NCBI RefSeq assembly: GCF_018977255.1
Contig: NW_024704742.1
Coordinates: 47,618,001-47,682,000, forward strand
Source of the DNA: Callorhinchus milii
Lineage: Eukaryota
DNA length: 64,000 bases
Direction of reading: 5' to 3'
Positions 39,301-51,300 of the stretch are shown one piece after another. The notes under the pieces were generated by a model. It had not been told where the DNA came from, made no database searches, and saw only the letters and a program-made list of their open reading frames with translations. A program made the translations under genes and the position numbers. The number at the start of each line of letters is the position of its first letter. Position 1 is the stretch's first letter.

Positions 39301-42300
39301 ACACGTTGTAAAATAATGTCACTGTGTATTTTGTGGGTGAAAGTGGCAGCCAATTTTTGCACACAACAATGTCCGACAAATAACCATGGAGTGAATAACC
39401 AATTTTATTTGGTGGATTGTTGGCCAGGACTTGGACTGTTTGATCGTCACTGGGTCAAACTCCTGGCACACTCTACCTAATGCCACCATGGAATTACCAC
39501 TGCTACAAAGACTGAGGCAGTTTAAAGAGAAAACCCACCATCACATTCTCAGGGCAACTAGGGATAGGCAATCCATGCTGGTCCTGCCAGCATTTCCCAC
39601 ATGTTGAGAATGATTCTTTTTTTAACGTTATCCATAGCCAACATTGCAAAGCATCACAGTGTGTCCAAAAGACAGACTGGTTACTGTGAACTTTTACATT
39701 AGCATTTGAGTGCTCCACAGTAAGATTTCTCATATAGGTGGTAATCCACCACCAACATGCTGTTCCAATGCCATTTTTTTCCACAACAACGTGTGAACAG
39801 GACTGACACTCTTGCTATTCCGTTTAGAATCCATAAAATCCCAAGCAAATTCCTGGGAGCTGGATTTGCTGCTCTTGCTTGCAACTACCCTCCTCACTTT
39901 CTGCACTCCACCCTGTTCCGGGGCTGAAAGAAAGCCAGCCAGCTGGCCGGTTGACTACCAGTTTTGCACATGCGCAAACCAGAAACCTGATATTGGCAGT
40001 GTCCCACTGAACCAGAAACTAGTTATTTTATTGCACAGGAAGCTAAAAAAAAAAGGCTGTCAGGGTCATTAGATTTCTTCCAACATCATTTTCCACTTTG
40101 TGCATACAATATGATGAGGTCCACATCCCAACTTGAATTGAGGTCCCATTTCAAAGAGAACGATGCATATTGAGTCCTGTAGCTCGGTGGTTAGAGCACT
40201 CGCTTTGCAAGCGAGAGACCTGAGTTCAATTCCAGGCAGGTCAGGGCGAAACTTTGGGCAAGTTTCCTTACTCCACACGCCTAATAATAATCCCTCCAAA
40301 AAACAAAAACAACAATAAAATAGGTCATTTTCAATCTACGACTGTTTGTGGGACATTGCTGTGCGCAATTGGCTGCCGCGTTCGCCCACAAATATACAGT
40401 CAATTCACTTTACAGTGTGTTCTGTGAAGCGCTTTGGGACGTCCTCCCGACGTGAAAAGCGCTATATCAAATGCAAGGATTACCATTATAGTGCTTTTCA
40501 CGTCTTCTAGACATCTCAAAGCGCTTCACAGAATATACTGTAAAGTGAATTGATTGTATATTTGTGGGCGAAATGCGGCAGCCAATTGTGCACAGCAGTG
40601 TTCCACAAACAGCTGTGGATTGAAGTGACCAATTTTTTCTTAAAGGATTATTATCAGGAGTGTGGAATAAGGAAACTTACCCAAGTTTTCACCCTGCTGG
40701 GAATTGAACCAGTGACACTGACCTGTTTGGGTGGATTGCCATTTCTCCCGATACCAAAAAATAGTAGTCACTGCCAACACAGGTGTTTATTGTCTCTGCT
40801 GCATTGTTGCTTTTAGAATTAAAAATCCAATACAAAAATGACACCTCTTTACGCAGCTGGGCCCTGAAATTTCACCTAGTCTGAGCCTGTACAAGCATTT
40901 TATCTTAAAAATTCTTAAAAATTCAGTCTTAATTTGAAGGCCATTTCTATTTAAGAACTGCAGAAAACCAGCTTCCAAATTAAGATTGAGTTCAACAATT
41001 TTCCACAAATTATGCAATCTTAAATTTTAAGACAAAATAGTCTTACAGATTAAGGGTTTCGGAACTGAGGCAAAATCAAAACAAAAATATCAAAGTTGAG
41101 TGCTAGACCAGAATTAATTCTCATGTATGATCATGCTTACTTTGCATTGATAGACACAAGTGCTTTTTTCTGTGGTTTTAGAAGCTAAACATTTTGTAAT
41201 GCTGCCTGCATGGTGTTCTTGACAATTTAACCAATGGATCAGTTGACAGAAAAATTCATGCACCAATATTCCACAAATGCTGCTGTGATCTGGGATAAAG
41301 ATTCTTTTAAAATCCTCGTAGCCTTAGGTTACATTTTTGTCCCCTTTCAACTCATGAATTTTAGAGCAATTAACACAAGCACGCACAAAGCTATGTAGAG
41401 CACAATCTCAGTTTATATTTGATTTATTACATTCATGATGAGAAGTGACAAGGATCATCCATCACACTTCAGAATGTACTTTGGTTCCATTAAGTGAGAT
41501 TCAGCATTGTAGTTAAAGATTTTGCTTAATTTATATTCCGTTTTTGAATTCCATTCCTGAGTCCATGCCCATTGTATTGCTTTCTACAGTGGATCAAAGA
41601 CACTTACACTCTGTGAAATCATCTGATTAATCAGCTTCTTGTATTAGTGGTAACAGTGCACTGTTCAGAATTATTTTTAGCAATGTTTGGAAAAGAAGTG
41701 AACAACCAAATGTCCTTAAAAGGGAAGATGGGTCTCTGGTGATTCGTTCCTTAAATGACACACACGCAAAAAAAACAGGCCTTGGAACTGGTTTATCAAG
41801 TAGCATTGTTTAAAGGAGTATAATTTAGTTGTTTAGTACATGTTAAAAATATAGATTTATTCTAATCAGATGTTTGCTGTTACGTCAGGGGGAAAAATCT
41901 GAATAGAAATGATATAGGCAAATCCAAAAGTTTAACATTAATATAAATAGAGATATGGAAAAACTCTGACTATGAAGATTTTATTAACACTATTAACAGT
42001 CCTCCGTGCATCGTACAGTTTAACTGATGCATCATCTCTAATTGTAAAAGCTTAAAGGAATGATTATTTTAGTCAGCAGATTTCATAATTAAGTTGCGTT
42101 AGGTTCGTCATTACAAGATATTATCATAGTTCTTTCATCTTATTTAATTGTATGACAATTATCATGGGTAATAAGAATGAATTATGATTATTTTGAGGTT
42201 TTGTAACTATTTTAATCTGTTGTTAAGAAGATTAAATGTTTCATCAATGTCAGAACAAAATGCATAAATTGGTGTTGAGTGAATTCTACAAGTCCAAAGG

Positions 42301-45300
42301 TAGATTTCATGTTCCAAAAGCCACCAGAAATTTATTGTACGATCCTAGTAAACATAGCATCTGTCATCACGTTTCGCCCACAAAATTTACAGTCAAGTAA
42401 ATTTACAGTGTATTCTGTGAGATGCTTTGAGACGTCTCAATGACGTGATAAGGTGCTATATCAAATGCAAGGATTAGCATCACTATTCTCACTAATATTG
42501 TATTAGTCTCCTGGCAAGATAATTTCTTTTCACCTTTTCTCTGTCTCTTGTAAATTGATTCACAAGCTTCTGTAGGATGTGAATAAAACGTTCTTCATTC
42601 AATCCCTTAGTAAAGACCATTAAAGTCCATTTTTATTCAAGAGCATATTTATACTGACACAAAATGGGAGAAAATCGGAGCAGGGGAATTTAATGCAGAA
42701 AAGTATAAATTTGGTGAAAATCAGAATTTTCTTTTTGAAAATTTGTTTAACGGCATTTAACAGTGTGTTGCAAACATATTCCCAGAACCGATCTACCTGT
42801 GTACGCATGTATTTCGGGAACCAGAAGTACAGGAATGTGAGTTTGGGTTTGTGTGAGTACCATCGGGGACTCTGGGGGAAAAAATCAGCAAATTAAATTC
42901 TTAAAAATGAAATTCAAATGAAAATTGTTTTTTTACAGATTGACTTTCACCCCCAGAATTAAGTATTTATTAGTGAAAATCAGTAAATGGTCCTTAATTA
43001 ATGGCTAATAGAGCCTTCGTTCGCCTGCATTTGAAAGTTATTTGGCAGAGTTGTCAAATAATTCATCACTGTTCAGTGCCAAACTGACAGATCACTGACT
43101 GTGTTTATCTGCACAGATGCTTTACTCTATTCTCATTAAAGCCCCCAACTCACTCTGCTCCATTGCTCCCCGTCCCCCAGCAGATCAAATTTCTCAAGTT
43201 CAAATACCTTTCTAATTTTCAAATGCTTTGCCACCCCCTACATATTTGACCCCCTGTAAAGTATTCTGGAGCCAGTCACTCCCCTGAGGCTCAGGGAATG
43301 TATAGATAATAGTATCAGTCAAGGACAGCATAGGGTGTCTGACAGGCAGGAGGTTAAGAGAACACCAGAGAGAGTGTAGTGAAGCCTCAGGCTTTAACCT
43401 TGGCCAACAGGTACGAGATCCTGGCAACCTGTGTGAACAAGGAAGCCTGTGAGGAGGAAGGAAAATGTGATTCCAATATTTGGGGAAACAAACAGAAAGT
43501 TGTAGTAATTGGGGACGAGACTATCAGGCGGACAGATACACTTATCTGCAGCTGCAACCAGGAGACTCGAAGGCTCTGAGATCGGTGGTAGGGAAAATTC
43601 TAGAATTCTTAATTAAGGATGTCGTAGTGGGATACTTACGATGAGACAAAGTCAACATGGCTTTACAAAAGGGAAGTCATGCTTAACAAATCTTTTAGAT
43701 TTTTTTGAGGACATATCAAGTAGATTAGATAGGGGGGAATCAGTGGATGTAGTGTATTTAGATTTCCAAAAGGTATTTGATTCCAAAAGGTTGATCCACA
43801 AGATTAGGGCCCATGGAATTAAGGGGAATATATTAGCATGGATTGAAGAATGGATAACGGGAAGAAAACAAAGAGTAGGGATAAACGGGTCCTTCTCAGA
43901 TTGGTGGGATGTGACTAGTGGAGTGCCACAAGGATCAGTGCTTGGGCCTCAACTATTTACAATCTACAACAACGATCTAGATAAGGATATTGAACTTAAT
44001 ATATCCTAATTTGGGGATGACACTAAACTAGGAGGGAGAGTAAACACCGAAGATGAGATTAAAAAAATGCAACGAGATATAGATAGGGTAGGTGAGTGGG
44101 CAAATAGGTGGCAGATGAAGTATAATGTAGGGAAGTGTGAAGTCATCCACCTAGGTGGCAAAAACAGTAGAGCAGATTATTTTTTAGAAGGGGAGAGACT
44201 AGATAGTGATAGCTTTCAGAAGGACTTGGGTGTTCTTGTACACCAGTCACAAAAAGTTAGTTTGCAGGTGCAGCAAGCAATTAGGAAGGCTAATGGTATG
44301 TTGGCATTTGCTACAAAAGGGTTAGAATATAAGAGTAGGGAAGTCTTGCTGCAACTGTGTAGGGCCCTGGTGAGACCGCATCTAGAGTATTGTGTGCAGT
44401 TTTGGTCTACTTATCTAAGAAAGGATGTATTCGCCTTGGAGGGGGAACAACGTAGATTCACTAGTTTGGTACCTGGGATGAGGGGGATGAGTTATGAGGA
44501 TAGGTTGAGCAATTTAGGCCTATATTCTCTAAAATATAGAATGAGAGGTGATCTTATAGAAACCTATAAGATTATTAAGGGGCACGACAGAATAGACAGT
44601 GGGAGACTTTTTCCTCTGGTTGGAGAAACTATAACCAGGGGTCACGGTCTTAAAATTAGGGGTAAGCCCTTTCGCACTGAGTTGAGGAAAAACTTCTTCA
44701 CTCAGAGGGTAGTGAATTTATGGAATTCTCTACCCCAAAGGGCTGTAGATGCCCAGTCCTTGAACATATTCAAGACTGAGATTGATAGATTTCTTGTGGA
44801 TAAAGGGATTAAGGGATATGGGGATAAGGCGGGTACGTGGAGTTAAAATAGATCAGCCATGATCTTATTGAATGGCGGGGCAGGCTCGAGGGACGAATGG
44901 CCTACTCCTGCTCCTAATTTTTATGTTTTTATGTAACTCTATGGCTGCTCTGTTTGCTCAGTGAACAGCCAGCCTGCTCATGTCCCTCCTGATCGTCCCC
45001 ACCACTGGTGGCCAAGTGTTTCGCTATTCTACTCCCATTCTCCAGAACTCCATCCCAAAGTCTCTCAACTTTACTTTCTGCCTTTAAAGCCCACCTTAAG
45101 ATCTATAGTTTCAACCAATCAGCTGTATCAAGTGCTTTTAAACATCCTCCCAATGTGAGAAAGGCTGTACATAAATTAAAATTATTGTGTTACTCTTAAG
45201 AAGCTAGTCTAGAAGAAGCAGGTTCTCATGACAGGCATCAAGGAAACTCTTCCCTTTGAAAATATGTAATGCCAAATGGAAATGTTTTATCTGGTGATGA

Positions 45301-48300
45301 TAAGCCAACAGTTTTAACCAATGTGTCTTTTTTTAACTATAAATGCTTCTGTGTAAGCTTGCTGAGAGAGCATTTTTTTTGCTATTTGCATCTACTAATC
45401 AGCACTGGCAAGGAGAGTATATGCCAAATAATGTCCATTTGTAAAATTGATTGTAAACTGTGATATTTTATTCCTCAAGTTACCCCTTGTTTTAAGTTCT
45501 CAGGAATTAACCTATCTAAGTTGAAATTGTCTCAGGAAATCCTAGTTTTGATGTTTTATCTCCCATCTGACATTTTTGTGATTGAAAGAAAACATCAGTT
45601 AGTAGATGTTGACGGAGCATCACCCTTTTGTGTACATAAGATAACCTATTTATTAGCTGACATCCCAGGGCAGTGCTGGTGGTTGCTGATTTGTCAGAGG
45701 TGGACCTGTCCTTCTCATGTTAAACTGAGGCTCTGTGGAGTTGTTCAAGTGTACATTAGTGGCACTATTCAAAAGGAGAAGGGAATTTCTCCTGGTGTGC
45801 TCGCCAATGGTATCTAACAATCCAGTGCAGTGCTGAGTGGGTGTTGCATTGTTAGAGGTGACATTAAACTGGGGTCCTGTCTGCCTATTCAGCTGGATGT
45901 AAAGATCCCAAGGCACTATTCAAAAATAGATGGGCATATCTCCCTTTGTCCTGGCCAACAATCCCCCAATAAAATTGGTCATTCGCTTCATTTCTGTTTG
46001 TGCGACATTCCTCCTGACAAATGGCTACCACGTTTGCCTGAAAAACACAGACACTGCACTATACAGTATAGCCTGTGAAGTGCTTCTTCCTAGTGTGAAA
46101 GGTGCTGCACCAAATGCAAGGATTATTATTAATAACTTAATATTAATAAATAATAATAACTTGTGCTTCTTTTAGAAACAAAATTTTAGGTAAATTTATG
46201 ACTTAAAAAAGGTTTTTAAATATATTGGGTAAATCCATGACCAAAAATGACTGAAGCTATTTGAGACGTCTCAACAACATGATAAGACGCTATATCAATT
46301 GCAAGGATTATTATTCATTATTTAAAAAGGTTAATAAATTGGGTAATGGATATTTTTCCCTTATTTTCATCGATAGCTGGACAGAACACACTATGGGAGG
46401 TCAGTTTGGAACCTAGGAACACGAGTAGGCCTGTCAAGTCTGGTTTTATTAGATCTTGGCAGATATTTTAATCCCTTTTTTCCAAACTTGCCTGAAATGT
46501 AGATTCTGAGAATCCCAGCACATAACAACAGCAAACTACATTTATATCGCACCTTTCATATCAGGGGGATGTCCCAAGGCTCTGGACAGTAAAGGGTTTC
46601 AAATTTGGTATATATATGTGTGTGAGGTTGAAAAAATAAAATCTTAGATTGCCTGTTATATTTATAATCATACTAATTTGAAAAATGATTAATCTCCACA
46701 TAAAATTCTGTCTCTGGGCCCATCATTCATTTTTCTTTCTAACCTGGCATTTGCTTGGAATGATTTTGTTTGCTGTGAATATTCCAAGCACATGTATTTC
46801 TAAATAAGATTTATCCCATAAGATCACTGCAGTTATATTGGGAGACATTTCAAATTGCTTCACAGGATTTACTGTAAAGTGTAGTGCCTGTGTATGTTGT
46901 AGGTAAATGCCTACATATTATAGGTTATTAGTTTCAAAACCTACTTTGTTGGAAAGTAAATCTTAGCAGTCTGAAAATATGCCAAAAGTATATTTTATGG
47001 TAGAAAGAATAATTGTCTAGTACTTCAAAATGTGCACATTTCTTTGTATTTAATTAAGTAAATATTTGTTTTTTGTTTTGAACTGAAAGCCTATTTGAAA
47101 GTGTATTTGGCAATAGTTTCTTGCAGACATGGAGAACAACCTGCTGTTCAGGGATGATATTGAATGTCAAAAGCTCATCATGGAAGCAATGAAATACCAC
47201 CTGCTACCAGAGCGGCGGAACATGATGCAGAGTCCTCGCACTAAACCTAGGAAGTCCACTGTTGGTGTGCTGTTTGCTGTTGGGGGAATGGATGCAACCA
47301 AAGGTGCCAATATTATTTATAATTGCTTTTTGTATTGTGGGCGCAGGCCATAGAGCATGTCCGAAGACTTCTACTAGTTATTTGATAACCTTTCACTTTT
47401 TCCCTTAATCCCCAAAACTGTTTCAGCTGTGTTTCTCCTTAACTGGTGATATTTGCAGCACTTCCTAGCAGGGTTTAAGTTGCCAGTGCTCAATTACTTG
47501 TGTTAATCCTTTTAACAAGCCTCTTTCCAATGTTTAAACTTCTTGTCTGGGGAAAATAAAAATCGATAGTTTAAAGAAAACACAGTTGGATGAATAAACA
47601 CTGTTGGAATGCTGGGAAATCAAATCAATGGTCGTGTTTAGCAGTCATTCCCATCCTCAAAACCTGATGGTAAAATCTTTAGAAAACAAGTCAATCTAAT
47701 TAGATTTTTTTAAAAATTGGAAAATGTATATTTAAATACGTAAAGCCAATGAGATTAACAGATGATTTTTAAATATCACTGTAGCATTGATGGCAGTAGA
47801 GAGCAGTTATCTGCCAAGGCCAAGGGTGTAGCACCCATTTGTGGGGATATTACAGGTTTTAAAAATTGATCAGTCAGCATCTGACACATGGGGAAACCGA
47901 GCATAAAAGTATCCATTCCAGATGGCGAATGCCACATATGGAACCTAAACATGGAAATTTCCCTGTGTATGGAATGGAATAGAGGATAGCATTTTATTTA
48001 ATATGCAAATATCTGTTTTTACCACTAATGTGTTCATACATTGCCACATTTCCCCACATCTCCATGAACATTTTCATGCCAGAAGGGCTCTTTAATGTTT
48101 TTTGTGCACTAATTTGGTTTCTATTGGTTTGTATTATGTACAGGTGCCACAAGTATTGAAAAATACGATCTTCGTGCTAATACATGGACACATGTGGCAA
48201 ATATGAATGGGAGACGGCTACAGTTCGGTGTGTCAGTTTTGGATGATAAACTTTACGTTGTGGGTGGTAGAGATGGACTGAAGACATTAAACACTGTTGA

Positions 48301-51300
48301 GTGCTACAACCCAAAGACTAAAACCTGGAGTGTGATGCCTCCTATGTCTACACATAGACATGGCCTTGGTTGGTAGCAATAAGTTTGGGCTAAGATTGTA
48401 AAACCAAAACATAGGGGGAGGGTCTCTTCCCGCTCAGTTACAAAAACAGCAACTTGCATTTATATAGCATACTTCACCAAGCCAGTCAGGAACCTAGGTG
48501 TCTTGTTCGACCCTCAACTGTCTTTTCTCCCCCACATCCAAGCCATGACCCGCTCTGCCTTCCCTCACCTCTGTAACATCGCCCGACTCTGCCACTACCT
48601 CAGCCCTCAGGCCGCTGAAACTCTTGTTCATGTCTTCATCGCCTCCAGGCTCGACTATGCAAACGCTCTGCTTTTCGGCCTTCCCAACTCCTCCCTCCAC
48701 AGGCTGCAGATAATCCAGAACTCTGCAGCCCATGTCCTCTACCGCACCAAACTCCGTGACCCCATCTCCCCCATTCTTGCCCAACTCCATTGGCTCCCTA
48801 TCCTTCAGAGGATCCAGTTCAAGATCCTGGTCCTCACATACAAAGCCCTCCATGACCTCGCCCTACCCTACCTCTGCGACCTCCTAACCCCCTACCATCC
48901 CGCCCATTCCCTCCGCTCAGCCGACTCTGGCCTGTTCCACGTCCCCCGACCCACCCGCCCCACCATTGGCGGGGGAGCCTTCAGCCACTCTGCCCCCAAC
49001 CTCTGGAATTCCATCCCCCAATCACTCCGCCTCTCCCCTTCCTCAGTCTTCTTCAAGTCCTGCCTCAAAACCCTCCTCTTCGACCATGCCATCGGCCACC
49101 CCCCTTCCCCTCCCCCCTCTGACCCCAGTTCGTGTCTGAAATACTGTACTCTGTCCAGCGCCTTGGGACGTCCTCCCAACCTGAAAGGCTCTATACACAT
49201 GTAATCTTGTTGTTGTTGTTCACGCCAGCCGGCGTCTCACAACACTTAAATCCCGTTAACAGCTCCTGTTAACCCTCAAAGCCAAAGCCCTAACGGGCAG
49301 GATGGTCCTAACTGGACAAGCAGTGGGAAAGCTTGCCAGACACATTTGTTTTGTAACAGAAGATAAAGAACAGATGTTGCATTTCTGTCCCTGTGTGATT
49401 TGTTTCCATGTTAATATGGCAGCTCTTGTTGGAAGAAAAATAATGTCAGTCCCCAACATAAATGCAAGTGATTTAAGATAGTACACGATGGGGACAGGAG
49501 AGAATTTACTCTAGTTTGCTCTCTAGCAGAGAGGGGATGGAACCTGACATAAAGGGGAAATGGATGTTGAGAGAATTTGCTCATTGCTAAAATGTTTTCT
49601 AGGTTTCCCAAATAGTTGCTATTTAGTGTTTTTAAGATATTCTGTTTATTTCTAGGTGTGGCAGTGCTGGAAGGTCCTATGTATGCTGTGGGTGGACACG
49701 ATGGCTGGAGCTATTTAAACACAGTGGAGCGATGGGACCCTCAGGCTCGGCAGTGGAACTTTGTAGCTAGTATGTCCATGCCACGAAGTACCGTTGGTGT
49801 AGCAATACTTAATGGAAAGTAAGAAGAAGTTGTGGATATATTTTATGCACTTTATTCATTTGCTGCATAAGTGTAGGAGAATGCAGAAATGTTTTGCCGA
49901 GGATCTTTTTGTCGGCACTATAATAATTTGCAGAGTTTTTTGGAAAGAAAAGAGCTTACTTCAAAATAGTTCACAATTATCACTACATTAGTGTAAATCT
50001 ATCCAAATAAATTATTTTAACATGTTTACACACAATATACAGTATATGTTTGTGTAGTCCAAAAAGAATACATTAAAATATTTACTACTACATTTTTAAA
50101 TGCATTTTAAAACTGAAACTCCCGCTACCATTTTTTTCTTTATCTTTGGATTAAGTTTAAGTCCACACATTTGAAGAAATTGGCCGGGAGAAGAAATTAG
50201 ATAAGAAAGTATTCCTTTTAGAATTTCTTTCCTTGGGAGTGCAGTTGCTATAGAGACACTAGCTAGTGGAGCTATTTTTGATTAAAGCTGTAAGGAGAGA
50301 AATGGGTTGTGTGGGCACTGTATTTGCCTCTTAAGAACAAGCAATTTGAATGAATTGGCTATTAGCATTATTAGGTATGTACCACAGCAACATCAAATTG
50401 CATTTATATAGCACCTTTCGCATCGGGAGGATGTTCCAAGGAATATGTGTTATTCAAAATCCAGTGTATTTTATCGCTGAATAGACTAAAAGATGCATGC
50501 ATGAGTAATGAAAACAATTATACTTGCTTTCTCAGCCAACACTGGCTCCAAGCAATGATTTTCAACATAAAAACTGAAAATGTTGAAGGGAAAAGGCAGT
50601 TTTATGTTTCAAGCAAGAACCATCACCACTTCTGTATATTTTCTGTTTAATTTTAGATTTTATTTAATTTCGAGTTGTTCCAATTATCTGTCCTGAATTC
50701 AAAGAAATTATCCATCATTGTCTAGAAAGTTGAAAGACTTCATTAGTATTGGCAAAACACAAAATACTGCAGATGCTGGAAATCTGAAACAAAAACAGGA
50801 GTTGCTGAGACCTGCAGCAGGTCAGGCAGCATTTATGGAAGGAGGAAAGTGAGTCAAGGTTTTGGGTCCATTCTGACGTTCTGAAGGGTCGTGGACCCAA
50901 AACGTTGACTCACTTTCCTTTCTCCATAGATGCTGCCTGACCTGCTGAGTGTTCCCAGTGACTTCTGTTTTGGTTTCATTAGGTTTGGATATTTTCTAGG
51001 ATCTTCAAATAACAGAGATGTATCTCATTTAATTTTAAATGCAGGGATTAACACATTAATCGTCTTGTGCCTTGATCATCTATTGTGCCAATTTAAAATG
51101 TATTCTTGAAGTACACCTTCTCAAATTGACTCTACCCAGGATGGTAGGATCCCAAGAGGGGAAGAGAAGCAAAGAGATCTGATGATCCAGATTCATAAGA
51201 CTCTTAAAAGTAGCAGCGCATATGGACAAACCTTTAAAAAATATAAATTGAGTCCTCCGCTTTATGTCTAGAGGAATAGAGTATAAAAGTAGGAAGCTAA

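Noticed and set aside
48494..49200. Minus-strand ORFs of 102-119 aa
   Set aside because: Antisense shadows of the L2 ORF2 fragment.
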